This document shows positions 56,618 to 64,000 of a stretch of 64,000 nt of DNA, in pieces. The position numbers and the translations under genes are program-made. Numbering within the stretch: the first letter of the stretch is position 1; each line of letters starts with the position of its first letter. The notes below the pieces were generated by a model. The model saw only the letters and a program-made list of their open reading frames with translations. It was not told where the DNA came from and did no database searches. Where the stretch lies: assembly GCA_965277805.1 (NCBI GenBank), contig OZ255842.1, positions 3,776,001 through 3,840,000 on the forward strand. The letters are read 5' to 3'. Source of the stretch: Candidatus Lustribacter sp. (GTDB lineage: Bacteria; Vulcanimicrobiota; Vulcanimicrobiia; Vulcanimicrobiales; Vulcanimicrobiaceae).

Positions 56618-57290
56618 TTACAATCGTATCTGCCTTATAGTGCCCAACGCTTGAACTGTCGACGTACCGGCGGTAGAAGTACTTCGATTCGGCCACGGTT
56701 GGTCAACATCGCCGCTTTGCGCGGTCACCATCCCCGCAGCATCGACGCGCCCGGATTCGAGCGCTTTAAAGTCGCTTTGCGCTGCGCCGCCTCGCATGAT
56801 CTGTACGCAGCGCGGGGATCGAGCCTCCTTCCGCAAGTCGTAGCGTCAACGCATCGGTCAACGAACCGAACGTCGCGACGCCGATCTTCTTGTTCTTCAG
56901 CTGCGCCCACGTCTTGATCGAGGGCGCCGCGAGCCACGAGAAATCCGCCTGATCGAAGCCGGCGTAAAAACCCATAACGGGCTGACCCGACGTGATCAGG
57001 TTGATCAGGCCGTTCATCGACGCCAAGCTGATGTCGATCGAGTTTCCCGCCAGCGCTTCCGAGATCTCGGCGTCGCCGCGGAACGGAATGAGTGTCACGT
57101 CGAGGCCTTGCGCTTTGAACGTGCGCGCGGCAGCAACGTACACCGGCAGAAAGTTCGAGCCATACGAGGCGAGGCCTAGTGTGAGCGCGGTTTTTTCGGG
57201 CGTCCCCGGTGCTGCGCCCGCAACGGCAGGAAGGGCACGTGCGACTGTGGTCGCGGCGCACGCCACAACGAAATCGCGCCGGGACCACAT
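56618..57290 (-). pseudogene. Frameshifted, truncated NMT1/SsuA-type ABC binding protein
   Basis: Tat leader SRRDF, intact to GSLTDALT; similarity continues in another frame (VQIMRGG..ALESGRVDAA) and then ends. Confidence 0.75.
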
Positions 57291-57387
57291 TATCCGCGCC
57301 CGCCCATCTGCTCGGTGTGCTGGAGACGCAACATGCACGCCTCTTCGCAACACCGCGCAAACGGGGCCTTCTCAGCGTACGATCGAG

Positions 57388-57963
57388 CTAGGCCGGCTCC
57401 ACGCGACTGGGCTCCACGCGACTGGGCTTGATCACGGCCTCGTCAGGCGTCACGACCTTGCGGCCTTTTTTCGCAAAGCCGACGAGTCCGAGAAGCCCGA
57501 GCAACCCGAGCCACCCAAGGTTGCCGTTGCCGTTCGACGTCGTTGTAGTCGTCGTCGTTTCGGCCGGACCGGTACCGTCGCCGTTGTTCGCGGAATTCGT
57601 CGTCGCATCACCGCCGCCCACGCCCGAACCGTTGGTATTGTTCGTCGTGCCGTTCGAATTCATCGTGCCGCTCGTGCCGTTCGAGTTCGTCGCGCTATTA
57701 TTGCCGGTCGCGTCAGTGTTCGCGCTGGTTCCGCTCTGCCCGGTGGTTGCGCTCGAGTTGTCGCTCGTGCCCGGCATCGTCACGGTTTGGCTGCTGCCCG
57801 CCCCACCATTGCCGGCCGTGGTGCCAGCCGTGGTGCCCGAAGCACTCGTTCCCGCTGTGCCCGTGCCGCCGCCGGCCGCGCCGGCGCTCTGCGCGAACGC
57901 CGTTCCGGACGTCGCCGCGAGCATAGCCCCGAGCGCGATGGCCGCCATCGTCTGTTTCCGCAT
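57388..57963 (-). CDS. Secreted Thr/Gly/Asn/Ser-rich protein with WGxxGxxG-like C-terminal anchor
   Basis: GAGGAG RBS, signal peptide AFA-Q, low-complexity body, NLGWLGLLGLLGLVGFAKKGRK. Confidence 0.85.
   Translation of the reverse strand: MRKQTMAAIALGAMLAATSGTAFAQSAGAAGGGTGTAGTSASGTTAGTTAGNGGAGSSQTVTMPGTSDNSSATTGQSGTSANTDATGNNSATNSNGTSGTMNSNGTTNNTNGSGVGGGDATTNSANNGDGTGPAETTTTTTTSNGNGNLGWLGLLGLLGLVGFAKKGRKVVTPDEAVIKPSRVEPSRVEPA
57395..57428. repeat. 15-bp tandem repeat GGCTCCACGCGACTG x2 (encodes PSRVE x2)
   Basis: Read directly at 57395-57409 and 57410-57424, plus a partial third unit. Confidence 0.85.
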
Positions 57964-58048
57964 GTCCGCTCTCCTCGATAGGTCGCTGTCGAGAGCAGAT
58001 ACCACAATGGAGAGAAACCGAAAACGCGAGCGAGCGGCGGAAAGCTCA

Positions 58049-58124
58049 TGGTGGGCGATGACGGGCTCGAACCGCCGACCTTGTCCGTGTAAAGGACCTG
58101 CTCTCCCAGCTGAGCTAATCGCCC
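58049..58124 (-). tRNA. tRNA-Val (anticodon TAC)
   Basis: GGGCGATTAGCTCAGCTGGGAGAGCAGGTCCTTTACACGGACAAGGTCGGCGGTTCGAGCCCGTCATCGCCCACCA; 76 nt, cloverleaf, encoded CCA. Confidence 0.97.
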
Positions 58125-58181
58125 GGGCCGTCACGTTTCGCCGGAGCGGGCGTCACGTCTTTGCGCGCGAAGGCTGACCGG

Positions 58182-59597
58182 ATGCGCCGTGGACCCGCCA
58201 TAGACGATTCGAAGCCGATTTGGCGCACGATGCTCGTCTTTCTCATCCCGCTGATGCTCTCGAACGTGCTGCAGTCGGCCTCGCAGACGTTCACCAGTAT
58301 CTTCCTCGGCCGTCTGATCGGCGTCGGCGCGCTCGCCGCCGCGTCCTCGATTTTCCCGGTGCTCTTCTTCTTGATCTCGTTCTTCTTCGGGATATCGAGC
58401 GCGAGCACGGTTCTCATCGGGCAAGCCTATGGGGCGCACGATCAGCCGCGTCTCAGCCGGTCGGCCGGCACGACCCTTTCGTTCGCCGTCGTGTTCGGCG
58501 TCGTCATCGGCATCGTCGGTCTGATCTACGATCGCAACATCATGGAGCTGATCAAGACGCCGCCCGACGTGATCGAGGACGCCGTCGCCTATGCGCGCAT
58601 CATCTTCTGCACGCTGCCGATCACCTTCATCTACCTCGGCTATACGACGTTTCTGCGCGGCATCGGCGACTCGCGCTCGCCGCTGATCGTGTTGATCGGA
58701 AGCGCGCTCGTCGGCGTCGTGCTCACGCCGGTCCTGATCCTCGGGCCGTGGGGTTTACCCAAACTGGGCATTCTCGGCGCACCGCTGGCAAACGTGATCT
58801 CAACGGCGCTCGGACTACTCGCGCTCTTGATCTATCTCGAGAAGAGCGACAACCCGCTGGCTTTCGGCAAACTGCGCCACTATCTCGGAATCGACGTCCC
58901 GCTTCTGCTCACGCTGATCCGTCTCGGCGTGCCGACCGGCATTCAATTCGTGATGATCTCGCTATCAGAAATTGCCGTCATCTCGTTTGTTAACCGCTTC
59001 GGATCATCGGCCACGGCGGCGTACGGCGCAGTCAACCAGATCGCGAGCTACGTGCAATTTCCCGCCGTCAGCATCGGGATCACGGCCTCGATCTTCGGTG
59101 CGCAATCGATCGGAGCGCAGCGCACCGACCGGCTGCGCAAGATCGTCCGCGCGGGCGTCGTGATGAACTACATCATCGGCGGCATTCTGATTGGGATCGT
59201 CTACCTGCTCGCACACGAAATTCTCTCGCTCTTCATCACCGATCCCCCGACGCTCGAGATGGCGCGCGGCCTGCTCTCGATCACGCTCTGGAGCTATGTG
59301 ATCTTCGGCAACACCAGCGTGCTCTCGGGCATGATGCGCTCGAGCGGCAGCGTGCTCTGGCCGACGACCATCTCGATTCTCTCGATCTGGTGCGTCGAAG
59401 TCCCGACGGCGTACGTACTCTCGCACGGTCCGCTTGGGCTCAGCGGCGTGTGGTACGCCTATCCGATCACGTTCGCCGTTTCGCTTTGCGCGCAATCCGC
59501 GTATTACTTCGGCGTGTGGCGGCGCAAGCCGATCCGCGCCCTGCACGCCTCACCCATCGCCGATGCCGAGGGCATCGACGAACCGCAAACCGCTTAG
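58182..59597 (+). CDS. MATE family efflux transporter
   Basis: IPLMLSNVLQ, ALAA, IGQAYGA, LRGIGDSRSPL, two-fold internal repeat, about 12 TMs. Confidence 0.93.
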   Translation: MRRGPAIDDSKPIWRTMLVFLIPLMLSNVLQSASQTFTSIFLGRLIGVGALAAASSIFPVLFFLISFFFGISSASTVLIGQAYGAHDQPRLSRSAGTTLSFAVVFGVVIGIVGLIYDRNIMELIKTPPDVIEDAVAYARIIFCTLPITFIYLGYTTFLRGIGDSRSPLIVLIGSALVGVVLTPVLILGPWGLPKLGILGAPLANVISTALGLLALLIYLEKSDNPLAFGKLRHYLGIDVPLLLTLIRLGVPTGIQFVMISLSEIAVISFVNRFGSSATAAYGAVNQIASYVQFPAVSIGITASIFGAQSIGAQRTDRLRKIVRAGVVMNYIIGGILIGIVYLLAHEILSLFITDPPTLEMARGLLSITLWSYVIFGNTSVLSGMMRSSGSVLWPTTISILSIWCVEVPTAYVLSHGPLGLSGVWYAYPITFAVSLCAQSAYYFGVWRRKPIRALHASPIADAEGIDEPQTA

Positions 59598-60925
59598 ACT
59601 TTCGCCTTCGGGCGTTCGACCGTGGCGGCGGCTGAGGCGAGTTGCGCGAGCACCGAGTCGACCGGCGGCGGCGGGTCGTTGAAGCCCATCGCTTCTTCGT
59701 ATGCGCGACGCACCTCATCGGGTTGCCCGGCTTGGAACGGATAGAGCCGGAAGCCCGCAAACGGATGGGCGTCGAGTTCGGCGCGCGTCAATCCCTCGAC
59801 GAGCGAGCGGCGGTTCGCAACCGGCAGCGGGATGCATTCGTTGGCTTTCGGATCGCGCACGATCGCTTTCGGATCTTCGCCGCGTGCGACGCGTTCGAGA
59901 TCCTCGAGAAAGCGCTTGCGAACCATGATCACGCCGCGATCGCTCGAGCCCAGATGCTCGTTCCAGCGATCGGAGATCTTGCCCTGACCGAGCCAGGCCA
60001 CGAAGTCCTGGTTCATCACATGCGTGGTGATCCACTTACCGGTCAACTCGTCCTTGACCGGTCCGTGCCACGTCGGAATCATTCCCTGAACGTAGGGTTC
60101 TCGTTCTTTGGGAACACGCGCGAAGTGCCAGGTGACGCTGAGCATGTTCTCATCGTCGATCGGCACGCGCCACTCGAAATGGTCGCCGGTGTAAAGCGCA
60201 TTCGGCCACAAGCACGTGCGGCCGATGGTCCACAGCAAGTCACTCTCGTCGGTGTCTTCGGTCACGCGCCGGTACACGAACCCATGGTCGAACTCATCGA
60301 ACGCGAGCTTCAGGTGCCGCGGCGCATACGGCCCGGTGTCGCCGCGCAAACGCACGCTCCAGTTGCGGTGCATCCACTCGAAGTGCACGGGGTCGATAGA
60401 ATTTTCCTGACCTTGCAGCCAGTTGCACGGCACTTCGGAAATTACGATCTGCTTGAAGCCGTGCTGCCACGTGAACGGTTCGTAGTTGGGCACGAGCGGC
60501 GCGGGCTGTGGGCCGAGGTACGCCCACAAGAGACCGGCTTTGGCCTCGACGGGATACGCCGTTATGCGCACCTTGTCGCGATAGCGCGCGTCGGGATTGG
60601 CCACGTCCTCAAACGGCTGCTCGATGCACTTGCCGCTCGCATCGAATTCCCAACCGTGATAATTGCAGCGCAGTCCGCAATTCTCGACGAACCCGTATGA
60701 CAGATCCGCGCGGCGGTGCGGGCAATGCCGGTCCACGAGGCCGTAGGATCCCGAGAGATCGCGATAAAGCACGAGGTCTTCGCCCATGAGGCGCACGGCC
60801 TTGATCGGGTTCTTCTCGAGCTCGCTGACGCCGGCAATCGGCATCCAATACCGGCGCAGCAAGTCGCCCATCGGCGTTCCCGGTCCGACGCGGGTGACGA
60901 GTTCGTTCTTCGCTTGCTCGAGCAT
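59594..60925 (-). CDS. Rieske non-heme iron oxygenase, phthalate 4,5-dioxygenase-like
   Basis: NELVTRVGPGTPMGDLLRRYW, CPHR...CNYHGW, ENSIDPVHFEWMH, EHLGSSDRG; GGAGG RBS. Confidence 0.9.
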   Translation of the reverse strand: MLEQAKNELVTRVGPGTPMGDLLRRYWMPIAGVSELEKNPIKAVRLMGEDLVLYRDLSGSYGLVDRHCPHRRADLSYGFVENCGLRCNYHGWEFDASGKCIEQPFEDVANPDARYRDKVRITAYPVEAKAGLLWAYLGPQPAPLVPNYEPFTWQHGFKQIVISEVPCNWLQGQENSIDPVHFEWMHRNWSVRLRGDTGPYAPRHLKLAFDEFDHGFVYRRVTEDTDESDLLWTIGRTCLWPNALYTGDHFEWRVPIDDENMLSVTWHFARVPKEREPYVQGMIPTWHGPVKDELTGKWITTHVMNQDFVAWLGQGKISDRWNEHLGSSDRGVIMVRKRFLEDLERVARGEDPKAIVRDPKANECIPLPVANRRSLVEGLTRAELDAHPFAGFRLYPFQAGQPDEVRRAYEEAMGFNDPPPPVDSVLAQLASAAATVERPKAKV

Positions 60926-61021
60926 CGTTGAATCCTCCGCGGAGGCCTCCGCCACGGATGCTCCGCCGGGACTGGCCGGGACTCATTCCGGCCGCCGCAA
61001 AATTGCGGCCGGTGTTTCATC

Positions 61022-61783
61022 CTACGGAATCGCGGCCTCGTCTTGGGCGAGCTCCTTGGCCGTTTCGTGCAGCTTGCGCATCCCGATGACCCGGTCGAGC
61101 AGCACCTCATCGGCAGCCAGCGCCGCCGAGGTGCCCTTGTGCACGATGCGGCCGCGTTCGAGCACGATCGCCTCCGCCGTCATCTCGAGCGCGAACGCCG
61201 CCCGCTGCTCGACCAAGATCAGCGTCGTGCCTTCTTCCGCCACCAGGCGTCGCAGGCAGTTGGAGACCTCGGCGATGATGACCGGCGCCAGCCCTTCGAG
61301 CGGTTCGTCGAGAATCAGCACGGCGGGATTCGTCATCAGCGCGCGGCCGATCGCGAGCATCTGCTGCTCGCCGCCCGAGAGCTGATTGCCCATGTTCTTG
61401 ATGCGTTCGCGCAACCGCGGAAACAGCTCGTACACGCGCTCGCGATTCCACGGCCCCTTGCGCGCTGCGATCACCAAGTGCTCGTCGACGGTCAGCGACG
61501 GAAAGCATTCGCGTCCTTGCGGCACCCAGCCGAGCCCGGCCGACACGCGCTCGTGCGGCAGCTTGTCGGAGATGTCCACGCCGTGCATCACGATCTTGCC
61601 GCTGCGCAACGGCAGATGGCCGAGCAGCGCGAGCATCAACGTCGACTTGCCGACGCCGTTGCGCCCGAGCACGGCGAGCGAACTGCCGGTGTTGAGCGTG
61701 AAGCCGACGTCGTGCAGGACGATGCCCTCGCCGTATCCGGCGGTGATCGATTCGGCGTGGAGGAGCGGGCCGTTGTCAGACAT
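61022..61783 (-). CDS. Branched-chain amino acid ABC ATPase (LivF-like)
   Basis: GRNGVGKST, LSGGEQQMLAIGRAL, LDEPLEGLAP. Confidence 0.93.
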   Translation of the reverse strand: MSDNGPLLHAESITAGYGEGIVLHDVGFTLNTGSSLAVLGRNGVGKSTLMLALLGHLPLRSGKIVMHGVDISDKLPHERVSAGLGWVPQGRECFPSLTVDEHLVIAARKGPWNRERVYELFPRLRERIKNMGNQLSGGEQQMLAIGRALMTNPAVLILDEPLEGLAPVIIAEVSNCLRRLVAEEGTTLILVEQRAAFALEMTAEAIVLERGRIVHKGTSAALAADEVLLDRVIGMRKLHETAKELAQDEAAIP

Positions 61784-62537
61784 GGACTTCATCACCTAAG
61801 TAGATGCGGCGAACTTCAGGATCGGCAGCGATTTCGGCCGGCGTGCCTTCGCACAAAATACGGCCGGCGACGAGCACCGTGATGCGTTCGGCGAAGCGGA
61901 AAACGAGATCGATGTCGTGCTCGATGAAGAGCACCGCGATGTCGTCGGGCAGCGATGAGATCACGTGCAAGATCTCGCCGCTCTGCTGCTGCGGCACCCC
62001 GGCCGCCGGTTCGTCGAGCAGCAGCACCTTCGGCCGGGCCGCTAGCGCGAGCGCGATCTCGAGCAAACGCTGACGGCCGTACGCGAGTTGCGCGGTCGGC
62101 CGGTCGCAGTCCTCATCGAGATGGAGCTGCTCGAGAATCGTATACGCTTCGTCGATCGCGTCGTGCGAGCGTTTGAGGCTGCGCCAGAGCGAGGCGCCGA
62201 TCCCGCGCCGTTGACAGACGACCATCGTCACGGCTTCGATCGGCGTCAGCCGCGGGAAGAGCGTGTTGATCTGGAACGTGCGCGTCAGCCCACGCAGCAC
62301 GCGCTTGTCGGCGGTTAGGCCGGTCACGTCCTCGCCTTCGAGCACGATCTTGCCCGAGGTCGGCGCGAGCGCACCGCCGATCACGTTGATCAGGGTCGTC
62401 TTGCCCGAACCGTTGGGGCCGATCAGCGCATGGCGGCAGCCGCGCGGCAGCGTAAAGTTGACCTCGCGCAGTACCCGCAGGGCGCCGAAGTTCTTGCATA
62501 GCTCGATCGTCGCGAGCGCATCGCCGGACGGGTTCAC
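61776..62537 (-). CDS. Branched-chain amino acid ABC ATPase (LivG-like)
   Basis: GPNGSGKTT, RTFQ, LAYGRQR, LDEPAAG, IEHD, VRRIYLG. Confidence 0.93.
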   Translation of the reverse strand: MNPSGDALATIELCKNFGALRVLREVNFTLPRGCRHALIGPNGSGKTTLINVIGGALAPTSGKIVLEGEDVTGLTADKRVLRGLTRTFQINTLFPRLTPIEAVTMVVCQRRGIGASLWRSLKRSHDAIDEAYTILEQLHLDEDCDRPTAQLAYGRQRLLEIALALAARPKVLLLDEPAAGVPQQQSGEILHVISSLPDDIAVLFIEHDIDLVFRFAERITVLVAGRILCEGTPAEIAADPEVRRIYLGDEVHV

Positions 62538-63565
62538 GCTTTGTTCCGTTTCGAGCGGATCCACACGACCAGCCGGTCGACGCCGCCGATCAGACCGCCG
62601 CGCGCGAACAGCACGAACAGCACGAGCAACAGGCCGACCCAGAAGTTCCAATAGACGGGATTGAGATCGGAGAGGCGGTCTTGCGCGACCATGTAGGCCG
62701 CGGCGCCGACGAGCGCGCCGATCAGCGTGCCCATGCCGCCGATCATCACGATGATCAACGCCGCTGCCGAACGGTTGAAGTCGAGCGAGCTGAGCGCGAC
62801 GGTCTGCGTGATCTGGCCGAGCAGCGCGCCGGCGACGCCCGCGAGCGACGCCGAAACGGTGAACGCCACCATATAGCGGTTGCGCAGCGGAATGCCGATG
62901 GCCGGCACGCGCCGCACGTTCTCGCGAATGCCTTTGAGTTCGAGACCGAACGGCGAATTCACGATCCGGCGCGCGACCAGATAGAGCAAGAACACGACGA
63001 CGAACGTGTAGATCACCGCGGTCTTACCGTAGAAGTCGAACGGAAAGATGCCGAAGATCGGCGCGATGTTGATCCCCGAGAGGCCGTCGTCGCCGCCGGT
63101 AATGTTGCGCGCGCTATGCGCGGCTTCGTAGAAGAACTGTCCGACGCCGAGCGTGATCATGATCAGCGCGATGCCGGTCAGGCGCGACACGACGACGCTT
63201 AGGATGAGTCCCGCGATACCCGCCACGATTGCGGCCAAGACCAGGCCGCTGAGCGGTTCGGTCCAACCCGAGCGCGCGAGCAGCCCGGCCGTATAGGCAC
63301 CGATGCCGAAGAATGCGGCGTGCCCGAGCGACGGTATGCCCGCGTAGCCCACCAGTAAGTCGAACGACAGCGCGAACAGTCCGGTGATCAGGACCTGTGC
63401 GATCAGCACGAGATGCGTTGGGAAGACGACGATCGCGACCGCCGCGGCAATCCAAAACGCGATCTCTTCCCAGCGCCAGCGGCTGGTAAACGCGAAGACC
63501 TTGTGCGCCCGGTCTTGGGAGGTCGTGGCCGGCGCGGGCGGCGCCGGAATTTCTATAGCGGTCAT
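62534..63565 (-). CDS. Branched-chain amino acid ABC permease (LivM-like)
   Basis: GYAGIPSLGHAAFFGIGAY, TGGDDGL, SPFG..LKGIREN. Confidence 0.92.
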   Translation of the reverse strand: MTAIEIPAPPAPATTSQDRAHKVFAFTSRWRWEEIAFWIAAAVAIVVFPTHLVLIAQVLITGLFALSFDLLVGYAGIPSLGHAAFFGIGAYTAGLLARSGWTEPLSGLVLAAIVAGIAGLILSVVVSRLTGIALIMITLGVGQFFYEAAHSARNITGGDDGLSGINIAPIFGIFPFDFYGKTAVIYTFVVVFLLYLVARRIVNSPFGLELKGIRENVRRVPAIGIPLRNRYMVAFTVSASLAGVAGALLGQITQTVALSSLDFNRSAAALIIVMIGGMGTLIGALVGAAAYMVAQDRLSDLNPVYWNFWVGLLLVLFVLFARGGLIGGVDRLVVWIRSKRNKA

Positions 63566-64000
63566 GCTTTAGCAAACAATCCGTGCGGACGCCAGAAGAG
63601 AACGATGATGGTCAGCGCGTAGATGATGAACGGGCCGGTCTGCGGGATGTAATACTTGCCCGCAACGTCGACGATGCCCAGCAGCAATGCGGCGCCGAGC
63701 GCGCCCTTCATCGAGCCGTGACCGCCGAGCGTCACCACGATCAGAACGTACACCAAGAAATCGGTTGCGAACGTCGGGCTGAGGCCGACGAGGTTGACGC
63801 TGAGCGCGCCACCGAGCCCGGCTAGCGCGCTGCCGATGAAGAACGCCAGCATGAACAGCCGGTCGACGTTGATGCCGCAGCTCGCGGTCACGCGCCGGTT
63901 GTCGACCGCCGCGCGCACTTTCGCGCCGAAGCTCGTGCTGTCGATGCCCCAGATCAGCGCCCACACGACGAGGCCGCCGGCAACGATCAGGAACAAGCGG
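63562..64000 (-). CDS. Branched-chain amino acid ABC permease (LivH-like), 5' partial
   Basis: FGAKVRAAVDN, GINVDR, LAGLGG, LGGHGS, RPHGLF; runs off the window end. Confidence 0.9.
   Translation of the reverse strand, partial: RLFLIVAGGLVVWALIWGIDSTSFGAKVRAAVDNRRVTASCGINVDRLFMLAFFIGSALAGLGGALSVNLVGLSPTFATDFLVYVLIVVTLGGHGSMKGALGAALLLGIVDVAGKYYIPQTGPFIIYALTIIVLFWRPHGLFAKA

Larger units (their letters stand above)
29100..56700. other. Lower-GC exopolysaccharide biosynthesis island
   Basis: Visible shift to A/T-richer codons, long intergenic gaps, EPS gene content and pseudogenes at both edges; boundaries are approximate. Confidence 0.8.

Noticed and set aside
57428-58177. 249-aa hydrophobic plus-strand ORF
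   Set aside because: Antisense mirror of the low-complexity protein and overlaps the tRNA.
60926-61021. Overlapping palindromes CCTCCGCGGAGG / CGGAGGCCTCCG around the Rieske RBS as a translational switch
   Set aside because: Loops of 0-2 nt are not feasible as drawn, and GC-rich palindromes arise readily by chance.
1-64000. CRISPR array, integrase/transposase, prophage, rRNA
   Set aside because: No regularly spaced repeat-spacer units and no recognisable recombinase, cas, phage or rRNA sequence; the four palindromic repeats are kilobases apart.

Overview
GC-rich bacterial chromosome segment. The gene style (many orphan NMT1/SsuA and LivK-type binding proteins, DUF5693-csaB, LuxR-HTH paralogues) suggests Ca. 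Eremiobacterota/Vulcanimicrobiota; this is inference only. Three zones. (1) 1-29.1 kb, high-GC core: membrane-anchored kinase-like gene, hydrolases, ABC binding proteins, a phthalate-dioxygenase-like Rieske oxygenase opposite a 4,5-dihydroxyphthalate-decarboxylase-like gene, ileS, a TauD/cupin pair, a DUF5693-csaB-M50 protease cluster, a hybrid ABC importer, an Xre/RES toxin-antitoxin pair and paoABC-like aldehyde oxidoreductase genes. (2) About 29.1-56.7 kb, visibly lower GC: a Wzx/Wzy-type exopolysaccharide island (priming transferase, 4 GT4, GT2, flippase, polymerase, co-polymerase, export protein, ugd, UDP-xylose synthase, 2 methyltransferases, 2 paralogous clan-A glycoside hydrolases, 2 P-loop-degenerate kinase-like proteins), with pseudogene debris at both edges and no integrase. 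(3) 57.3-64 kb, core again: a WGxxGxxG-type surface protein, tRNA-Val(TAC), MATE, a second Rieske oxygenase and livFGMH-like genes. Best non-obvious signals: a promoter-to-terminator structured RNA of about 125 nt leading the DUF5693-csaB cluster (candidate orphan riboswitch or sRNA), and a 29-50 bp TGTC-tagged palindromic repeat in four copies, two of them read in frame as protein termini. No CRISPR array, rRNA or intact mobile element was seen. Start codons were often adjusted by eye from the ORF track.
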